Virus record (IMG/VR): IMGVR_UViG_3300030333_006991
DNA from: an uncultured virus (IMG/VR IMGVR_UViG_3300030333_006991)
Lineage: Duplodnaviria > Heunggongvirae > Uroviricota > Caudoviricetes
DNA: 41,862 nt
Reading direction: 5' to 3' (one strand)
The notes under the pieces were generated by a model. The model was given only the letters and a program-made list of their open reading frames with translations. It ran no database searches and was not told the DNA's origin. Position 1 is the first letter of the stretch, and every line of letters begins with the position of its first letter. The translations under genes and the position numbers were made by a program. Below, one piece after another: positions 17,502 to 26,952 of this stretch.

Positions 17502-19595
17502 TTATCTCATGGCATCAAGGATATACGGTGGAACCAATCTTTCGATATTACGGGTTCTGAACCAATGTCCGAAGTGTGCATCTACGATGTATACATGACC
17601 CCAATCATCTTTTGAACGCATGGCTCTTCCGTATTGTTGTAAAAGTGTTCGCACAGTATAGGTTTGATACCATGTTTCGTTATGTTTCATCTTCAGTTTT
17701 ACTTTGGTATCACCGAGAGACAGGAACGGGAGTTTACAGATAATTACAAAGCGAATATCTTCATTATCATACCCTTGATTTGCATAAGTGCTAATCAATA
17801 TCCCATCTCCATCTCCTTCCTTGAAATCGTTGAGAACCGATTCTCGCTCGGAAGGATTCTTGGTGTGTTGAATTAAACGAGCGGCTACTTCAGGGTGGTC
17901 ATCCGACAAAATATCCACAACCGAGGACTCAATCCCGTCTGTGTAAGGCAAGATAAGTCCTTTATGGCCTTTGTAGTGGTCGGCAATTTTCGCTACGGCA
18001 TCAGCAGTTTTCTTCAAATCAGAAAATTGAATACCTTGTGCGTCTTTATTCCAAATCATTAAGCCCCCTTTCTGCGATAGGGCGAGTGGGCGTTTTTGGG
18101 ATGGGAAAGTGGATTCACAGACCCTTAAAAATACGGTTTCTTCTGCTGAAAGCCCTAATTCTTCCATAAACACTTCGGGAGAAATAATGGTTCCCGACAT
18201 GAAAACTCTCTGATTGCCGAGAGAAAGGAAACAATCTTCGGCATATTTAGATACTGATAGTGGTTCTACTCGTAACACATTTTTTACATCGTCATCATCG
18301 AATTGATAAACCCATCTTTTCCAATTCGTTTGTAATTCCGACATCATCATGTAGGAATGTTGGACGAAGGCTTTTGCGTCACCCATCTCATCGGGTTTGT
18401 AGGTTCGGTGCTTGATATTGGTTTCCACTTCTTTTACCAACGCTCGTAGCATTAAAAGAATCTTGATGCAATCTGAGCGTCTTTGGTCATCAGGAGTTTC
18501 CACTCTCATAGATTTGATACTTGGGAAATCGTGGTCTTTTCGACTCGCATTCAATTCCTTTTGAGAAGGTTTTTTCCCATAAAGGAGCCGAGCAATTCTT
18601 TTACGGCTCAGAGAAAAGCCACAAAACTTCTCGATTATCGAGGCTGCGGTATGTGCTTCATCAACTACGAGTAGAGGCCGAGTGGGTAAAACGGGTTTTC
18701 CGAATAATCTCATAGCAGTAAGATAAGTGGTGTTGCCGATAAACCAACGGTTTTTCAAGGCTTCGGCATAGGCGTTGTAGTAAGAGCAAGGTGTCTCATA
18801 AGGATTGCCACTAATTATCTCTTCTAAATCTTCCTTTTTCAAAGCATGAGGGCAATCAAAACCCTCTACAACACGACAAGGTGCGTTGGAAGCGTTACAC
18901 CCTGATAAATCTAATTCTGCTAAATCGGCCTCGTCTAATGCACAAGAGTAGTTTCCTCTACCCATAGCGGAAGCCATGAAAGGATGGTCGTTCACATATT
19001 GTGTTTGAAGACCTTTTAGAGGTGTAGAAATATAGGCTTGAGTATCGAAAACGAGAGGAAGCCAATACGAGAGTGCAGATTTACCTGAGCCTGTGGGACA
19101 CTCCACTATGATGTTCTTGTAACCTTCTTGGAGTTTTTCCGATATTAGTGGTAAAAGGTGTTGTTGTTCCATACGAGCATGGTCATAAGGGCCACCATTC
19201 TGTAAAATATCTTCGTAACCGTCCCACCCCTCACTCGGTTCAGAGGGCTTAACTTCTATCACTTCGTAACCTTTTTTCGTAGTAGTTGAAGGTAGGGTAA
19301 ATCCTTGAAGAGTATTCCCCCCACCCTTCACACTTAAATGTTCAATGGTATTCTTTTCAAAATCATCCTCATAATCGGTTTCCGTTTCCGATTCAATTTG
19401 ACCTAATCGTTCTCCATCTACCAATAAAGTAAGGCGGTTTTTCATACAATAAGACATCAAGCGAGGTAAAAGGGGTGAGCCGACACGATATTTCCCCTTC
19501 CAAGATTCTCCTTTCCACCACAATTTGAATGTGGATTTAAGAGTGTCCTTATGTTCAAAGGTTCTCCCCGCTACTTCTATGGAATGTGCCGACAC
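17502..19595 (-). CDS. DinG/XPD-family SF2 helicase with Fe-S cysteines
   Basis: ECPTGSGKS, GRGNYSC plus further Cys, VVDEAH, FMSGTI, VIICKLPF, QQYGRAMRSKDDWG, IVDAHF. Confidence 0.92.
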   Translation of the reverse strand: MSAHSIEVAGRTFEHKDTLKSTFKLWWKGESWKGKYRVGSPLLPRLMSYCMKNRLTLLVDGERLGQIESETETDYEDDFEKNTIEHLSVKGGGNTLQGFTLPSTTTKKGYEVIEVKPSEPSEGWDGYEDILQNGGPYDHARMEQQHLLPLISEKLQEGYKNIIVECPTGSGKSALSYWLPLVFDTQAYISTPLKGLQTQYVNDHPFMASAMGRGNYSCALDEADLAELDLSGCNASNAPCRVVEGFDCPHALKKEDLEEIISGNPYETPCSYYNAYAEALKNRWFIGNTTYLTAMRLFGKPVLPTRPLLVVDEAHTAASIIEKFCGFSLSRKRIARLLYGKKPSQKELNASRKDHDFPSIKSMRVETPDDQRRSDCIKILLMLRALVKEVETNIKHRTYKPDEMGDAKAFVQHSYMMMSELQTNWKRWVYQFDDDDVKNVLRVEPLSVSKYAEDCFLSLGNQRVFMSGTIISPEVFMEELGLSAEETVFLRVCESTFPSQKRPLALSQKGGLMIWNKDAQGIQFSDLKKTADAVAKIADHYKGHKGLILPYTDGIESSVVDILSDDHPEVAARLIQHTKNPSERESVLNDFKEGDGDGILISTYANQGYDNEDIRFVIICKLPFLSLGDTKVKLKMKHNETWYQTYTVRTLLQQYGRAMRSKDDWGHVYIVDAHFGHWFRTRNIERLVPPYILDAMR

Positions 19596-19609
19596 ATACT
19601 TACATTTCG

Positions 19610-19927
19610 TCAGACCATATATGAGCCTTCGCTTTCTGAGGAAGACATTGTAAAATCCGTTTCATCTTCCTTTTCTTGAGAATCTTCATCACCCACCTCG
19701 TTTTCAGGGGTCTTTTTTGATTCTAAAAGTTTTACTTTCGCTGTATCGGGTTCGATGTGTGTGTAGTAATCTAAACAATCATCTAAAACAGCCCACCCGT
19801 CAGCATCGCATAGTATACATTTAAGTTTCCATTGTTTATGGACTGACCATCCGATACCGTTACACATAGGACAACTGATTCGTTTCACACTATGAATAAG
19901 TAATCCTGCTACATAAAGCCCACGCAA
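19610..19927 (-). CDS. Small Zn-finger protein (DnaJ-like CxxCxGxG)
   Basis: CPMCNGIG ... CILCDADG, acidic tail; TTG start uncertain. Confidence 0.55.
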   Translation of the reverse strand: MRGLYVAGLLIHSVKRISCPMCNGIGWSVHKQWKLKCILCDADGWAVLDDCLDYYTHIEPDTAKVKLLESKKTPENEVGDEDSQEKEDETDFTMSSSESEGSYMV

Positions 19928-19943
19928 ACCTGTTCAACCCTAA

Positions 19944-19955
19944 CTTCTTATAGTC
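19944..19955 (+). promoter_or_regulatory. CTTCTTATAGTC promoter motif copy
   Basis: Divergent intergenic region upstream of ATG 19983. Confidence 0.78.
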
Positions 19956-19982
19956 CTTCTGCATGATTAAGGGTAAGGTGGA

Positions 19983-20828
19983 ATGAAAATGGGGATTCTA
20001 AACGCATTTTTTGATGTTGTTGCAGGAGTTTCTATTCTTGCAGGAAGGTCAAGTTTACTCGATACTCGATTAACCACGGTTGCAGGACGCAATCTTACTT
20101 TACGAACCACACTTGGAATTGGATTTTTCGGTGTCGGTTTCGTAAATCTATGGGCTGCAAGTAGACGACAAAAGAAGATAGACAAGTTGGCTAAAGGCTC
20201 GGAAACTTTCGCAGCCAATTGGTTAGAAACTCCTGACGGTATACGATATACGAAAGCAAAAGAAGATGGGACTTATCCCGATTGGTATTTTGAGCGTTAT
20301 GGCTTAACAGATAAGAAATTGACTGAAAGGACAATAAACGACCATCTCTATAAACTAATGGAAGATGTGAGGGACGGTTACTTGTATGGTGATGGTAAAG
20401 AGGGATTCGGTGAATATTGTCGAAATAGCAAATACGATTGTTGGGATGAGTGGGATTACTACAACGCTTCAAGCAGATATTTGGATGAAATAGGGCTTGA
20501 AAAGCCGTATCTTGAGGTGATGAAACCTCACCACAAAGACCTTTACGATGCTTTGATGAAAACGCTTCAAGAAAATGAGTGGGAGATTTACTCTCACAAC
20601 CTTCCTGCAAGAGAATGGGTTTGGGATGGTAGTAGATTTACTCTTGCTGATGCCTCCGCAGAATCCTTTGGCATACCGAATGCTGCCGTAATGCGAACCT
20701 ACAAGGGACGCAAAGGCCCTTCTATTTCTGCCAAGTCGGTAAAGATAGGGACTCGTAAAAGAGGAAATGATGGTCGAATGTGGCAAGTGCGTAGAGCAGG
20801 AAAAACACAGAGATGGTTCCGAGATTGA
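19983..20828 (+). CDS. Membrane protein with a basic C-terminal RKGPS...GNDG module
   Basis: Two N-terminal hydrophobic segments; SETF and AESF motifs; C-terminal RKGPSISAKSVKIGTRKRGNDGRMWQV...QRW. Confidence 0.75.
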   Translation: MKMGILNAFFDVVAGVSILAGRSSLLDTRLTTVAGRNLTLRTTLGIGFFGVGFVNLWAASRRQKKIDKLAKGSETFAANWLETPDGIRYTKAKEDGTYPDWYFERYGLTDKKLTERTINDHLYKLMEDVRDGYLYGDGKEGFGEYCRNSKYDCWDEWDYYNASSRYLDEIGLEKPYLEVMKPHHKDLYDALMKTLQENEWEIYSHNLPAREWVWDGSRFTLADASAESFGIPNAAVMRTYKGRKGPSISAKSVKIGTRKRGNDGRMWQVRRAGKTQRWFRD

Positions 20829-20840
20829 GGTGTGAGATAA

Positions 20841-22280
20841 ATGGCTATAAGTGAGGCACTATTGCGTTATGGTAATGCACATTGGGATAATTTAACTTTC
20901 CAATCAAGAATGATTTTCCTCGATGCTTACATGGGTGAGATGAATTATCCTTTGATGATATATGAGGGTGCAATCAAAATGCCTGAAACTATTCAAGAAG
21001 TTAGTCGGCTACAAGGATGGTCAAATGAAGAAACAATCTACACGCTTATGGACTTTTCAAAAAGAATGGGGTGGATAACGAAAGACGCCTTCGATATGAT
21101 GATGATGGCCTCAGAGTCAGATGCTTACACTTACGCTTACAACGAAGGACACTCAGATTCACGAAAAAATGAAGGCTATCAACCTACAATGGAAAATCAA
21201 AAAGAGGAAACTCGATTCCGCAAAATACTACGGCAACGGGCTGAAACTTTTGGTGCGGAGTTTAATGTAGATGGCGAAGATGGTCGCCCCTTGAAAATGT
21301 TTGTAGATGAAGATAGTTATGGAGTTACTATTGACTTTGAAGGGTATAGTGTTCAAGGTGCAGAAAGGAATGGTGGCGTTATCCATATAGAGAATGATGG
21401 GGGCAACCCAATCGTAAGAATATGGTCTGATATTAACCAAGAAGATTCAACACACCGTATTGATTTACAAGGTGCGAGAGAGGAAAATCGTCAGATGGAG
21501 GCTGAAACCTTTGCAGGAGAAGAAAGTTGGCAAAGTGGTGTCCGTGAATACTTCGGTGACGAAGAAATGATGGACTTCTATGATTGGATGCAAGATAATT
21601 ACAATGATGATGATGATGATTTTATCGAGTATGACGACCCTGAGGAATGGAGAGATAGGGTTCATCTCTATTTCGGTGAAGAAGAGATGATTGACTTTTA
21701 CGATTGGCTCAACAATCCTTTGTTGTCCGACTTCCCTGATAACATGGACATGAACATGGATGCTGAAGAAGATTTATCGCAAGGTCGAATAAGCCCTGCC
21801 GTTTGCATTACTTGTGACCCTGACCTACCAATAGGCCACGAAATGAGGGGTGATGGGGAAATCGGTCAATGTTCTTGTTGTGGATATGGTATTCACATTG
21901 AAGATGAAGGTTGCACAGTAATGATTGAAAACAAGCCTTTTTGTTGGAGTTGTTCAGAGTATATTGAAGGAGATTCATGTTATTTCTGCCACCGAAATTG
22001 GAAAACGGGTGTTGAGATGGATGCTGAAACTTTTGAGGCTATGATGATGCCTAAAAGATATTTGATGATTTGTCCTGAATGTGACGAATCGGTTCCTGAA
22101 ATGGATAGTTGTATTTCTTGTCTTGCCGATTTGTCTGTAAAAGAAACTCCAATGGTGGAAGTTGTTGATTTAGAAGCAGAAGAAGGAAACCTCTTCAGTG
22201 AAGTCCTAATTGTTGGACTTTGTGTTTTTGGAGTTTCCTTTTTGTTAGGGAGAGAGGCGCATCGGAGGATTAAAGGGTGA
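20841..22280 (+). CDS. Acidic modular protein with AETF-delimited segments, CxxC clusters and C-terminal TM
   Basis: Three AETF motifs, internal duplication (YFGDEEMMDFYDW / YFGEEEMIDFYDW), several CxxC pairs, TM VLIVGLCVFGVSFLLG. Confidence 0.78.
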   Translation: MAISEALLRYGNAHWDNLTFQSRMIFLDAYMGEMNYPLMIYEGAIKMPETIQEVSRLQGWSNEETIYTLMDFSKRMGWITKDAFDMMMMASESDAYTYAYNEGHSDSRKNEGYQPTMENQKEETRFRKILRQRAETFGAEFNVDGEDGRPLKMFVDEDSYGVTIDFEGYSVQGAERNGGVIHIENDGGNPIVRIWSDINQEDSTHRIDLQGAREENRQMEAETFAGEESWQSGVREYFGDEEMMDFYDWMQDNYNDDDDDFIEYDDPEEWRDRVHLYFGEEEMIDFYDWLNNPLLSDFPDNMDMNMDAEEDLSQGRISPAVCITCDPDLPIGHEMRGDGEIGQCSCCGYGIHIEDEGCTVMIENKPFCWSCSEYIEGDSCYFCHRNWKTGVEMDAETFEAMMMPKRYLMICPECDESVPEMDSCISCLADLSVKETPMVEVVDLEAEEGNLFSEVLIVGLCVFGVSFLLGREAHRRIKG

Positions 22281-23812
22281 GTAATATGTCGAGAGGTTGG
22301 ATAAGAGATAATTGGCTCGGACTTTCAATGGCAGGGGCTTGTTTAGGAGCCGCTTGGTGGGTTGGTCGAACAGACCCTTATTTTGATATGTCTGCGGAAC
22401 ATGAGTGCCAATTGGTGTGGTGTGATGATTGCGTAGAGCAGTATTGTCCTGAATGTGCAAAAGAAGTTAATGAACATGGGATAAGCGGCCTTCATACAAT
22501 GGTTGAGTTTGAAGACGGAAACTACTATTGCCGATGGTCAAGCCCTAAAGTCAGAGATGCTGATAGAAACCTCATAAAGCGGTTGAGGCCGAAGATGGAT
22601 GAGTATTGGAAAGGTGCAGAATCCTTTGAGTTAGACGATGAAGAGGCATATCCGCTCAAGAGGTCGAGTGAAGTAAAGGTAGTGAACATCACAAATGTAG
22701 GTGATAAGGTCTATGTAACAATTAGATTCCCCGATACTGATGAGTATTATGGCTACGAGGATGTGTTCGTGGGCGATATGGGAGATGTAATGCTGAACGA
22801 CTACACCAACTCAAGAGGTCAAGAAATTACTTTTGATGCTGAAGGGTTTGGGTCGGAGCAATATGAAACCGAAGGCGAAAGGTGTATGCGAAGATTAAAT
22901 GAAATGATTGATTCTATGCAAGAGTTTGCCGATGAGTATTTGGCTCGACATCCTGTGGATGGCAATTCAACCCAATATCCCGATATGAAAGTCGTTTTAC
23001 CATCCGATGACCACGAAGATTATTTGGAGGTTGATAATGGAATGGTGAAAGACACCACTCATGCTCAAGAATTAGCCGCCAACATGGTCTTGAGGGCTAT
23101 GGATATGAGAGATATGTTGGATGATTTAGACATGAACATTGAGTATGAAGCAGAATCCTTCAACACAGAAATGAATGCTGAATCTTATCATGCTGATTCA
23201 GACAAAGGCCATTGGCGATGGGTTGTAGGAGAAGGTTATTCAGGTCGAGCGAAATGTAAAGTTTGTGGAGAGATTATTTCTAAAGGGCAACCTACGATAG
23301 ATTATCATTCCACAGGAGGAATTATGTCCATCCATAGCCGTCCTGAAGATTGTGGAGTAAAGAGAGCGGAAAGTTTCAATGCTCAAATGATGCCCCCTGT
23401 CGAGGGAGAAGTGAAGATAGTAAAGGATGTAACTCCAAAGGGCGGTAAGACAACTGTGGAAGAGTGTATTGATATTCAAGCAATCAAGGCAGATGCAGGG
23501 CCGAATTACTATCGGGTAAAATTCCGTGAACCTGCGGATTTTGAAAACTTCCGTGTTCCTGCTTGGGCTGCGAGAGCAGCGAATACAATGGGTAGCAAAT
23601 ACTACGATGTTGCAGGGTCTAAGGTTACGATGGGGCAACTAAAAGATGGTGGTGCGTGGAAGATTCAATCCATCATGGTTCCGAATAAGAGTCAGGTAAA
23701 CCCTGAATTGGCCTTGAAAATCGCTAATCATATTCAGGACAGGCTTGAAAAGGAAGGGAAGTGGGCTTCCAAGAAGTGCCAAGACCGAGAAACCGTCTTA
23801 ATCGTGGGCTGA
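22277..23812 (+). CDS. Modular protein with N-terminal TM, AESF-delimited segments and a PARP-type Zn-finger-like module
   Basis: TM WLGLSMAGACLGAAWWVG; AESF x3, AESY, AEGF; YSGRAKCKVCGEIISKG...H...C. Confidence 0.78.
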   Translation: MSNMSRGWIRDNWLGLSMAGACLGAAWWVGRTDPYFDMSAEHECQLVWCDDCVEQYCPECAKEVNEHGISGLHTMVEFEDGNYYCRWSSPKVRDADRNLIKRLRPKMDEYWKGAESFELDDEEAYPLKRSSEVKVVNITNVGDKVYVTIRFPDTDEYYGYEDVFVGDMGDVMLNDYTNSRGQEITFDAEGFGSEQYETEGERCMRRLNEMIDSMQEFADEYLARHPVDGNSTQYPDMKVVLPSDDHEDYLEVDNGMVKDTTHAQELAANMVLRAMDMRDMLDDLDMNIEYEAESFNTEMNAESYHADSDKGHWRWVVGEGYSGRAKCKVCGEIISKGQPTIDYHSTGGIMSIHSRPEDCGVKRAESFNAQMMPPVEGEVKIVKDVTPKGGKTTVEECIDIQAIKADAGPNYYRVKFREPADFENFRVPAWAARAANTMGSKYYDVAGSKVTMGQLKDGGAWKIQSIMVPNKSQVNPELALKIANHIQDRLEKEGKWASKKCQDRETVLIVG

Positions 23813-23854
23813 AAGGTGTTCCTATACCCCTTAAACCTTAGCCCTTTCCAACCG

Positions 23855-23872
23855 AAGCCTTCTTATAGTCAA
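23855..23872 (+). promoter_or_regulatory. AAGCCTTCTTATAGTCAA promoter motif copy
   Basis: Exact match to 9245-9262; upstream of the 23906/23921 start. Confidence 0.8.
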
Positions 23873-23905
23873 ACGGACAGATAAGATTAGGGAAACCCCC
23901 CCACT

Positions 23906-24238
23906 ATGGAGAGTGTAAAAATGAGTGCAATTATGAAAACTGTAAAGACAATTGGAGCAGCATCGGTTCTTGTAGGTGGTCTATTCCACCTCGGAGGTCC
24001 TGCTGTATTCCGCATCCCTCTCATCGGTGGAGCATTGAATAGTATTTGGAATTTCGGTGTCGGTCCTGTGACCGTTCAGCGACTTTTCGGACTTGTTGCT
24101 GTTCTCTATGGGGCTCACGCACTTGGCTTTGACCGCCTTGTAGCAAGAGTGCCTGTTGTTGGTGCGCCTGTTAAGGACGCATTGAACACAATGGAGACAA
24201 CCTTTGTTCCTACTGAAGGCGATGTATACTCGGTCTAA
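23906..24238 (+). CDS. Small hydrophobic membrane protein (candidate virion membrane protein)
   Basis: Gly/Val/Leu-rich with 2-3 hydrophobic segments; has its own promoter copy; start may be 23921. Confidence 0.7.
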   Translation: MESVKMSAIMKTVKTIGAASVLVGGLFHLGGPAVFRIPLIGGALNSIWNFGVGPVTVQRLFGLVAVLYGAHALGFDRLVARVPVVGAPVKDALNTMETTFVPTEGDVYSV

Positions 24239-24297
24239 GCAGAATAGGAAATACAATTTGGTTTGACGGCTACTCTCCCTGAGAGCCATGTGAACAC

Positions 24298-25461
24298 TTA
24301 TTCCGAAGGTAATTTACCTGTGTTTAGGAATGACTCTGTTTCAGATGTAGATAAACGGTGCAACCTCTTTTGAAGTGGTTCATCTTCCGATATGTCGGTA
24401 TTTACTCCTTCAGGATAACAATGTTCTGTAAAAGGGCAGTAGAAACATTTGAAATCACCAACAGGTTCATTTCTATTGCTGTTGAATAAATCATATTTCG
24501 TCTTGGATAGTTGTCCTAATTGGAATAAGTCATCCGCTAATTCTTCAGGATAACGAAGGAAGTATTCACGCTCAGGGGGTTCGTCTTCGCTTAGTTTCTG
24601 TTCTAATTCAGCGAAACGGTCAATAATTCTCTCCATTGTTAAGCCTTCGATAGGCCGAGTTTCCACTTCTATCTTACAATATCTATTTGCCTGTGAATAT
24701 CTTGGATTCGGAACAATCAATTTTCCATCTCCTCTTTTCACTATCGCTTTTCCTGTATAAGAATCTTCTAATTCAACCATGAATTGCTTATCTCGGCAAT
24801 CTGCACGGTCAATATAGTATATCAGAGCGTAAGGTGATTCTCCGTGAACCTTTTCTATTGGTTTTCTAAGATGTAGATACCACATTACTTGCATGATGTA
24901 ATCCATGTGAGGTAGACCGTCAGGATAAAGGTGATTGGATTTACCGAATACATTCTTGTTGAATGTATATCCATATCCCGATTTTACTTCTACGATAACA
25001 GGATGATTTTTATGAGGGTCGAATACAATAGCGTCAATTTCTCCTGATACATTGTATTCATGGGCTCTTAGTTTCACATTATTTTGCACATAGATGCCAC
25101 TTTTTTTCCATTCGTCTTGCAGAGCGTCTTCAATCCATTGGCCGTATCTCATTCTTCTCAGTGAAACAGTGTCCCATGAGTCACCCTCATATCCTTTCGA
25201 CTTATACCATAATTGGCGGTGGCACTTCCCAATAAGTTTAGGTCTGCCTACTTCATCTACAATCTCACAAGAAGATTGGGTTACATAGAGCATTCCACTT
25301 GAACCTCGGTAAGAAGGAGCAGTAAGTTGTTTATCTGTCTCTTTGGTGAGTTGAAATGGAAATCCTTCTTCAAACTCATCTATTTCGTCATCTGTTTCTC
25401 CGATTCGTTCAAGAAACTCTAACGCTTCTTTCGTCAAATCAGAACCCATGCAATCCCTCAC
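24298..25461 (-). CDS. Cas4-like PD-(D/E)XK exonuclease with four-Cys Fe-S motif
   Basis: GKCHRQLWY, GEIDA...IVEVKS, QVMWY, CFYCPFTEHC; no CRISPR array or other cas genes in the window. Confidence 0.82.
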   Translation of the reverse strand: MRDCMGSDLTKEALEFLERIGETDDEIDEFEEGFPFQLTKETDKQLTAPSYRGSSGMLYVTQSSCEIVDEVGRPKLIGKCHRQLWYKSKGYEGDSWDTVSLRRMRYGQWIEDALQDEWKKSGIYVQNNVKLRAHEYNVSGEIDAIVFDPHKNHPVIVEVKSGYGYTFNKNVFGKSNHLYPDGLPHMDYIMQVMWYLHLRKPIEKVHGESPYALIYYIDRADCRDKQFMVELEDSYTGKAIVKRGDGKLIVPNPRYSQANRYCKIEVETRPIEGLTMERIIDRFAELEQKLSEDEPPEREYFLRYPEELADDLFQLGQLSKTKYDLFNSNRNEPVGDFKCFYCPFTEHCYPEGVNTDISEDEPLQKRLHRLSTSETESFLNTGKLPSE

Positions 25462-26285
25462 AGAATATCACGGTGAACATAGTGTTGGAGGTCTACTCCT
25501 TCACCTTCGTCAGGGAAGAAAAAGTGGAATTGAGCAAGACCTTCTTCTAATTTCTTTCTTCCTGATTCCAAAAACTCGTCAGAACATTCAAAGACCGCCA
25601 CATCTTTTGTAGCCTTATCAATACATAAGAATGTGAAAACTTCTGCTTCAGGGAACATGAGCAAATACAGATACGCTTGTAAATCATACCCATACTTGTA
25701 TGCCGAATACTTGAATTTCTTAATGTCGGTAGTGGTTTTCACATCAATAATTTGGTTTCCCTTCAAAATATCCGCCTTTGCTCTAAAAGGGGTGTTCTCA
25801 ATCATGGCTACCGCAGGGACTTCAAAATGGGCATCTTCAAGATATTCTGCCGCTTTGTTGTTTTCATGGATAACATCAGCAAGAGCGAGAGCAGTTTCAA
25901 TTTCCTTTGAAGTGTAAACTGTGCCGTATTCTTCTACTGCTGCTTTGTAGGCTTTAGTATTTTTCGACTTAACTTCAACTGTGTTTAGATTCTCAAACTT
26001 TTCAGGTTCCAATACGGCCAAATGAAGTAAACGACCATCTCTCAACGCTTGAGTTTCCTCTGTCGTTCCCAATCGAGCCTCAAGATATTGCTTAGGAGAT
26101 TTCATAAATGTCTTTAGAAGGCTACAACTCAAGGCGTTCTTACCCAAATATCCATAATAGAAATCATCATCGTGCATCTTTTTCAAAATCTCTTCGGGGT
26201 CGTGAGAAACTCCATCAAAGGTTTCTATACACTCGGCTTCCTTCTTCATTTCTAATTTTACCATCTTATCACCTCTATGCTCCAC
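25458..26285 (-). CDS. RecE/ExoVIII-like (DUF3799-type) PD-(D/E)XK exonuclease
   Basis: LSCSLLK, GRLLHLAVLEPE, KADIL...IIDVKTT, YGYDLQAYLY. Confidence 0.85.
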   Translation of the reverse strand: MEHRGDKMVKLEMKKEAECIETFDGVSHDPEEILKKMHDDDFYYGYLGKNALSCSLLKTFMKSPKQYLEARLGTTEETQALRDGRLLHLAVLEPEKFENLNTVEVKSKNTKAYKAAVEEYGTVYTSKEIETALALADVIHENNKAAEYLEDAHFEVPAVAMIENTPFRAKADILKGNQIIDVKTTTDIKKFKYSAYKYGYDLQAYLYLLMFPEAEVFTFLCIDKATKDVAVFECSDEFLESGRKKLEEGLAQFHFFFPDEGEGVDLQHYVHRDIL

Positions 26286-26733
26286 CTTCTAAAAGTTGTT
26301 GTTTTTCTCTTAGAATATCGAGTAGATTATTGAATTGTGTGGCGAGTTGGCTTACATCTTGTTTGTCGGCCTTTTCAACAGGTTCACGGTCAGGCCATGA
26401 GTATGTTGTTCTTTGATAATAGAAACCGTGTGATACCATCATGGCGAGCATCTTTCTTGCAGTTTCAAAGTTTTGAACAGAATCTAAAGCAATCGTCCAA
26501 ATCTCTCTTGTGTTTTTTACAAGGTCTTCTTCTGAATGCGCTTCTGAAAGATTAGTTGTAGCGAGAACCGCAAAACGCAAATCTTCCTCGGTTCCTTCAT
26601 CTTCGATTGCTGCAAAATGAACGATATACAGTCCATCACCATCATCGGCATTCATATCAACATTAACATCAACCAATAGTCCGTTTTCGTTCATCATCAC
26701 TTTCGCATTGGTAATTTCTTTCATTTCTTTCAC
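26275..26733 (-). CDS. Hypothetical protein
   Basis: Tightly packed in the minus-strand operon, overlapping the next gene. Confidence 0.65.
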   Translation of the reverse strand: MKEMKEITNAKVMMNENGLLVDVNVDMNADDGDGLYIVHFAAIEDEGTEEDLRFAVLATTNLSEAHSEEDLVKNTREIWTIALDSVQNFETARKMLAMMVSHGFYYQRTTYSWPDREPVEKADKQDVSQLATQFNNLLDILREKQQLLEGGA

Positions 26734-26952
26734 CTACATACTTCTGCCGACTCTTTTCATATCGGCTTTGCTTAGTTGCCCTATAACCATGACCTTTCCT
26801 GAATCACTTAGTTGCAGTAAAACATACACCTTACTTTTTTCATCAGGGTCATCCTTGAAAATCAGCACTCTTTCAGGACCCGCAGGAACAGCGATTTCGG
26901 GAGAACCCGAATCCATTAGTGTTTTCAATATTTCATCCATGTTATCACTCAA
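26734..26952 (-). CDS. Small hypothetical protein
   Basis: Abuts or overlaps both neighbours. Confidence 0.6.
   Translation of the reverse strand: MSDNMDEILKTLMDSGSPEIAVPAGPERVLIFKDDPDEKSKVYVLLQLSDSGKVMVIGQLSKADMKRVGRSM

Noticed and set aside
24298..25461. CRISPR-Cas locus suggested by the Cas4-like gene
   Set aside because: No repeat-spacer array and no cas1/cas2; solo Cas4-like nucleases are common in archaeal viruses.
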